From Octopus bimaculoides (lineage: Eukaryota): DNA of 34,402 nucleotides. Where the stretch lies: NCBI RefSeq assembly GCF_001194135.2, contig NC_068988.1, positions 86,429,256 to 86,463,657 on the forward strand, read 5' to 3'. This document shows positions 32,584 to 34,402 of this stretch, piece after piece. Positions within the stretch are counted from its first letter, which is position 1; every line of letters begins with the position of its first letter. A model generated the notes under the pieces. It did not search any database. It was not told the DNA's origin and saw only the letters and a program-made list of their open reading frames with translations. A program made the position numbers and the translations under genes.

Positions 32584-33513
32584 CAACACCCACCAATCAG
32601 TAAAGAGAGAAATAAATACATCACATGTTTACCTCAAGAGTGAAGGTAATAACATAGTGAGGTTAGGCGAAGAACTCCTTACAAGCATTCCGACTTTATA
32701 GCTGATCCATGTGAACCAAAGCTGGTTAGATTGACCAACACAGACTTAGAAGAGAAATATTCTGACCAGGAGAAAGTTATGCATGGGTAATCATCCCACA
32801 AGCTAAAGAATTCCTGCAACGTTAATAGGAAGAGCAGCTCTGCAGAACCTGTGTGATAAATACATCACATTTCCTAAAAGCTATGTTTTTGATATTCAAG
32901 AACGAGAGACAGCTACTAAACACCTGATCAGCAAAAGAGAAAAGAATGCCTTTAAACCTACAGACTGTGATACAAAGTGCCATGTGTGCTATACTTATAT
33001 AAAACATATCGTTCATATCAGCAGCAACAGCCCAAAAGAATGCAGGGGGATATTACATTTTCATGTGACATAACATTGTCGCTAAGGCAGTCTATAATAC
33101 AATTCACAGGAAGGATTATCCTGACGGCCCTTACAAAGACACGCTAAAACCAGAAAGTATCTACACCTTTAAAAATAAAGAATGCTGATGGAACACTACA
33201 ATAAAGGCAACAACGTGGTATAAGCACAGCAGGTCCGATATAGCTAGATATAACTTTATAGCACGTGGAACGAAAGATGTGCACGGTGACACGCGCACAT
33301 CCGAATGCAAGTTTATCCACACACATACATACACATATAGACGACATGCACACATCTAGTAATTCAGGTAATCGCAAGCCCAAAGTGATGTCTTGACTTA
33401 AACAAAAGAACATGTATATAGATGTGTGTGTATGTCTATGTGTGTGTATCTTGTGTGTGAATACACACATATACACATACACATACACGCACACACGTAC
33501 GAAGATTTGCACC

Positions 33514-33719
33514 TTTATTTTTAATGCCTTCTGGCTTATTCGAGCGTGAACATCTTAATGGCTGTTGTACTTCACCACAGAAGAACAGCTTCTCATTTAC
33601 GACGAATAAGTATTCGCAACTCGTTCAGTTCATTAGCGCAAAGGACTCTGGGACAACCGTTGTTTCGATATCGGTGTGTTTCGTCAGCCAGAATCTCTTG
33701 CGCTAATGAACTAAGTAAA
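33514..33719 (-). mobile_element. short non-coding repeat carrying HHR3, adjoining and truncating a mariner
   Basis: Mariner homology stops at about 33720; the minus strand then reads the HHR hairpin, about 105 nt of non-coding sequence, and AATAAA (33514-33519). Confidence 0.55.
33625..33714 (-). ncRNA. type I hammerhead ribozyme-like motif with 27-bp stem I (HHR3)
   Basis: UUAGUUCAUUAGCGCAAGAGAUUCUGG-CUGACGA-AACACACCGAUAUC-GAAA-CAACGGUU-GUC-CCAGAGUCCUUUGCGCUAAUGAACUGA. Core intact, GUC triplet, stem III ACAAC/GUUGU, stem I 27 bp (23 Watson-Crick, 3 G-U, 1 mismatch); stem II does not pair. Confidence 0.7.
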
Positions 33720-33874
33720 AAACCATTTCTCTGCAGTTCTTTTAGTAATACTACCTTTTCCCCGTAGACAGCAGAAATCTCTCGAGCAGCTTTGGCAGCT
33801 TTGGAAGCTTTGCGACCTTGATTGGAAGCAAAAAGAAACAAGTATAAGAAATGCTCGTTTCCTACTTCAGCCAT
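33720..33874 (-). mobile_element. mariner transposase N-terminal (HTH) fragment
   Basis: MAEVGNEHFLYLFLFASNQGRKASKAAKAAREISAVYGE, then after a frameshift GSITKRTAEKWF; fits mariner EH.RH.LLF.FN.G.KA.EAAR.I..VYGE....RT...WF. Confidence 0.85.
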
Positions 33875-33999
33875 ACGTCTGAAAAGAAGTACATTTTTAT
33901 ATATATATATAAAGTTTTAGGGGAAGAATAGAGCTATAAAACCATATTTTTCAAAATATTTTCCATTTTTACCCAAAATAACATTGGAAAGAAACGAAC

Positions 34000-34029
34000 G
34001 ATAGGTGTAGATAGGTGTAGATAGGTGTA
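34000..34029. repeat. 3 x 10-bp tandem repeat GATAGGTGTA
   Basis: Seen directly. Confidence 0.9.
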
Positions 34030-34402
34030 CCCTCTGGCCATTTGAGCCTGACGAATCGTCTATACAGATAAATGGTTTATGTGTGCGAAACCGATGGTCA
34101 ATCATAGACACGCCATAACAAACACCCTTCTAAACATATATCTATAATATAAATTGAAGTTGGCCGAGCGTTGTATTCTTTCTTGTCTTGAGGTGCACGC
34201 CAAACGGCTGGGTGGATTCGCGTGAAAACGGTAGTAAAAAGGGATATTCTTATCCCTTAGACAGTTATTCCAACCGCTAACTCTGCTAACCTATATATAT
34301 ATATATATGTGCGCGCGCTTGTGTGTATGTGACAGCGTGTGTATCGTTGGCGATTTTCTTTCTCCGTCTTCCCTTCTTTGGACTTTTTCTATATTTCTGA
34401 TG

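Larger units (their letters stand above)
29780..33250 (+). mobile_element. near-full-length decayed R4/Dong-type LINE (N-terminus, RT, Zn knuckle, start of RLE) with nested insertions
   Basis: Read across many stops and shifts: SYMKRMKND*DRKIPNY (29851); LYCVAITI (30517); PKWITSLQPHIDRLRK (30589); GKTSE*ELMVSF**RKLT (about 31396-31450); NYGP (31565); LFYTGCLN; *TGGKKAVWSYAGQL; DNAVSNETKQYRRNLLSVCVD; GIF*GDSVS (31925); THTFFVEGLKLY (degenerate FVDD, 32061); FSWDIRIEFDQDKCSYL...NINGL; AFEC; NNIVRLGEELL; VMHG; DIQERETATKHL; KCHVC (32978)...H; *HNIVAKAVYN; *WN...KHSRSDI. Confidence 0.85.

Noticed and set aside
33593-33719. GCPRV...NELNELRILI as continued mariner sequence
   Set aside because: This stretch is the hammerhead hairpin insert; the resemblance to a GRP linker is coincidental.
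34040-34105. CTGACGA...GAAACCGATGGTC on the + strand as a hammerhead
   Set aside because: Stem III and GUC are present, but there is no stem I and the 32-nt spacer has no closing stem II; consistent with chance.
33900-34200. Mariner 5' UTR and terminal inverted repeat
   Set aside because: Plausible by position, but no partner repeat is visible in the window to confirm it.

Overview
Repeat-saturated eukaryotic non-coding DNA, most likely from an octopus genome. This is inferred from the tRNA-derived SINE families and the very dense (TA/TG/CATA)n microsatellites. There are ten N gaps: 1728-1737, 6031-6743, 9181-9261, 10927-11428, 17978-17987, 20870-21492, 25179-25424, 26287-27055, 27723-28118 and 29050-29084. 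No intact gene is supported, and nearly all ORFs in the track are microsatellite or gap artefacts. Reading across stops and frameshifts shows: (1) two different Penelope-like (RT-thumb plus GIY-YIG) retroelement remnants lying head-to-head; (2) five pieces of an R4/Dong-type restriction-like-endonuclease LINE, including a nearly full-length decayed copy and a copy lacking its whole RT core; (3) a maT-like and a mariner transposase remnant; (4) about 20 SINE copies built from shuffled head, CORE and tail modules, several with clear target-site duplications; (5) two inverted-repeat (MITE-like) elements; (6) three type I hammerhead-ribozyme-like folds on the minus strand in three unrelated short non-coding repeats (7804-7859, 32322-32370, 33625-33714). 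The hammerheads are the most notable signal. One or two isolated candidate exons on the + strand are weakly supported. Family letters A-G are my own working labels. Protein-family assignments rest on motifs recalled from known families, not on a database search.
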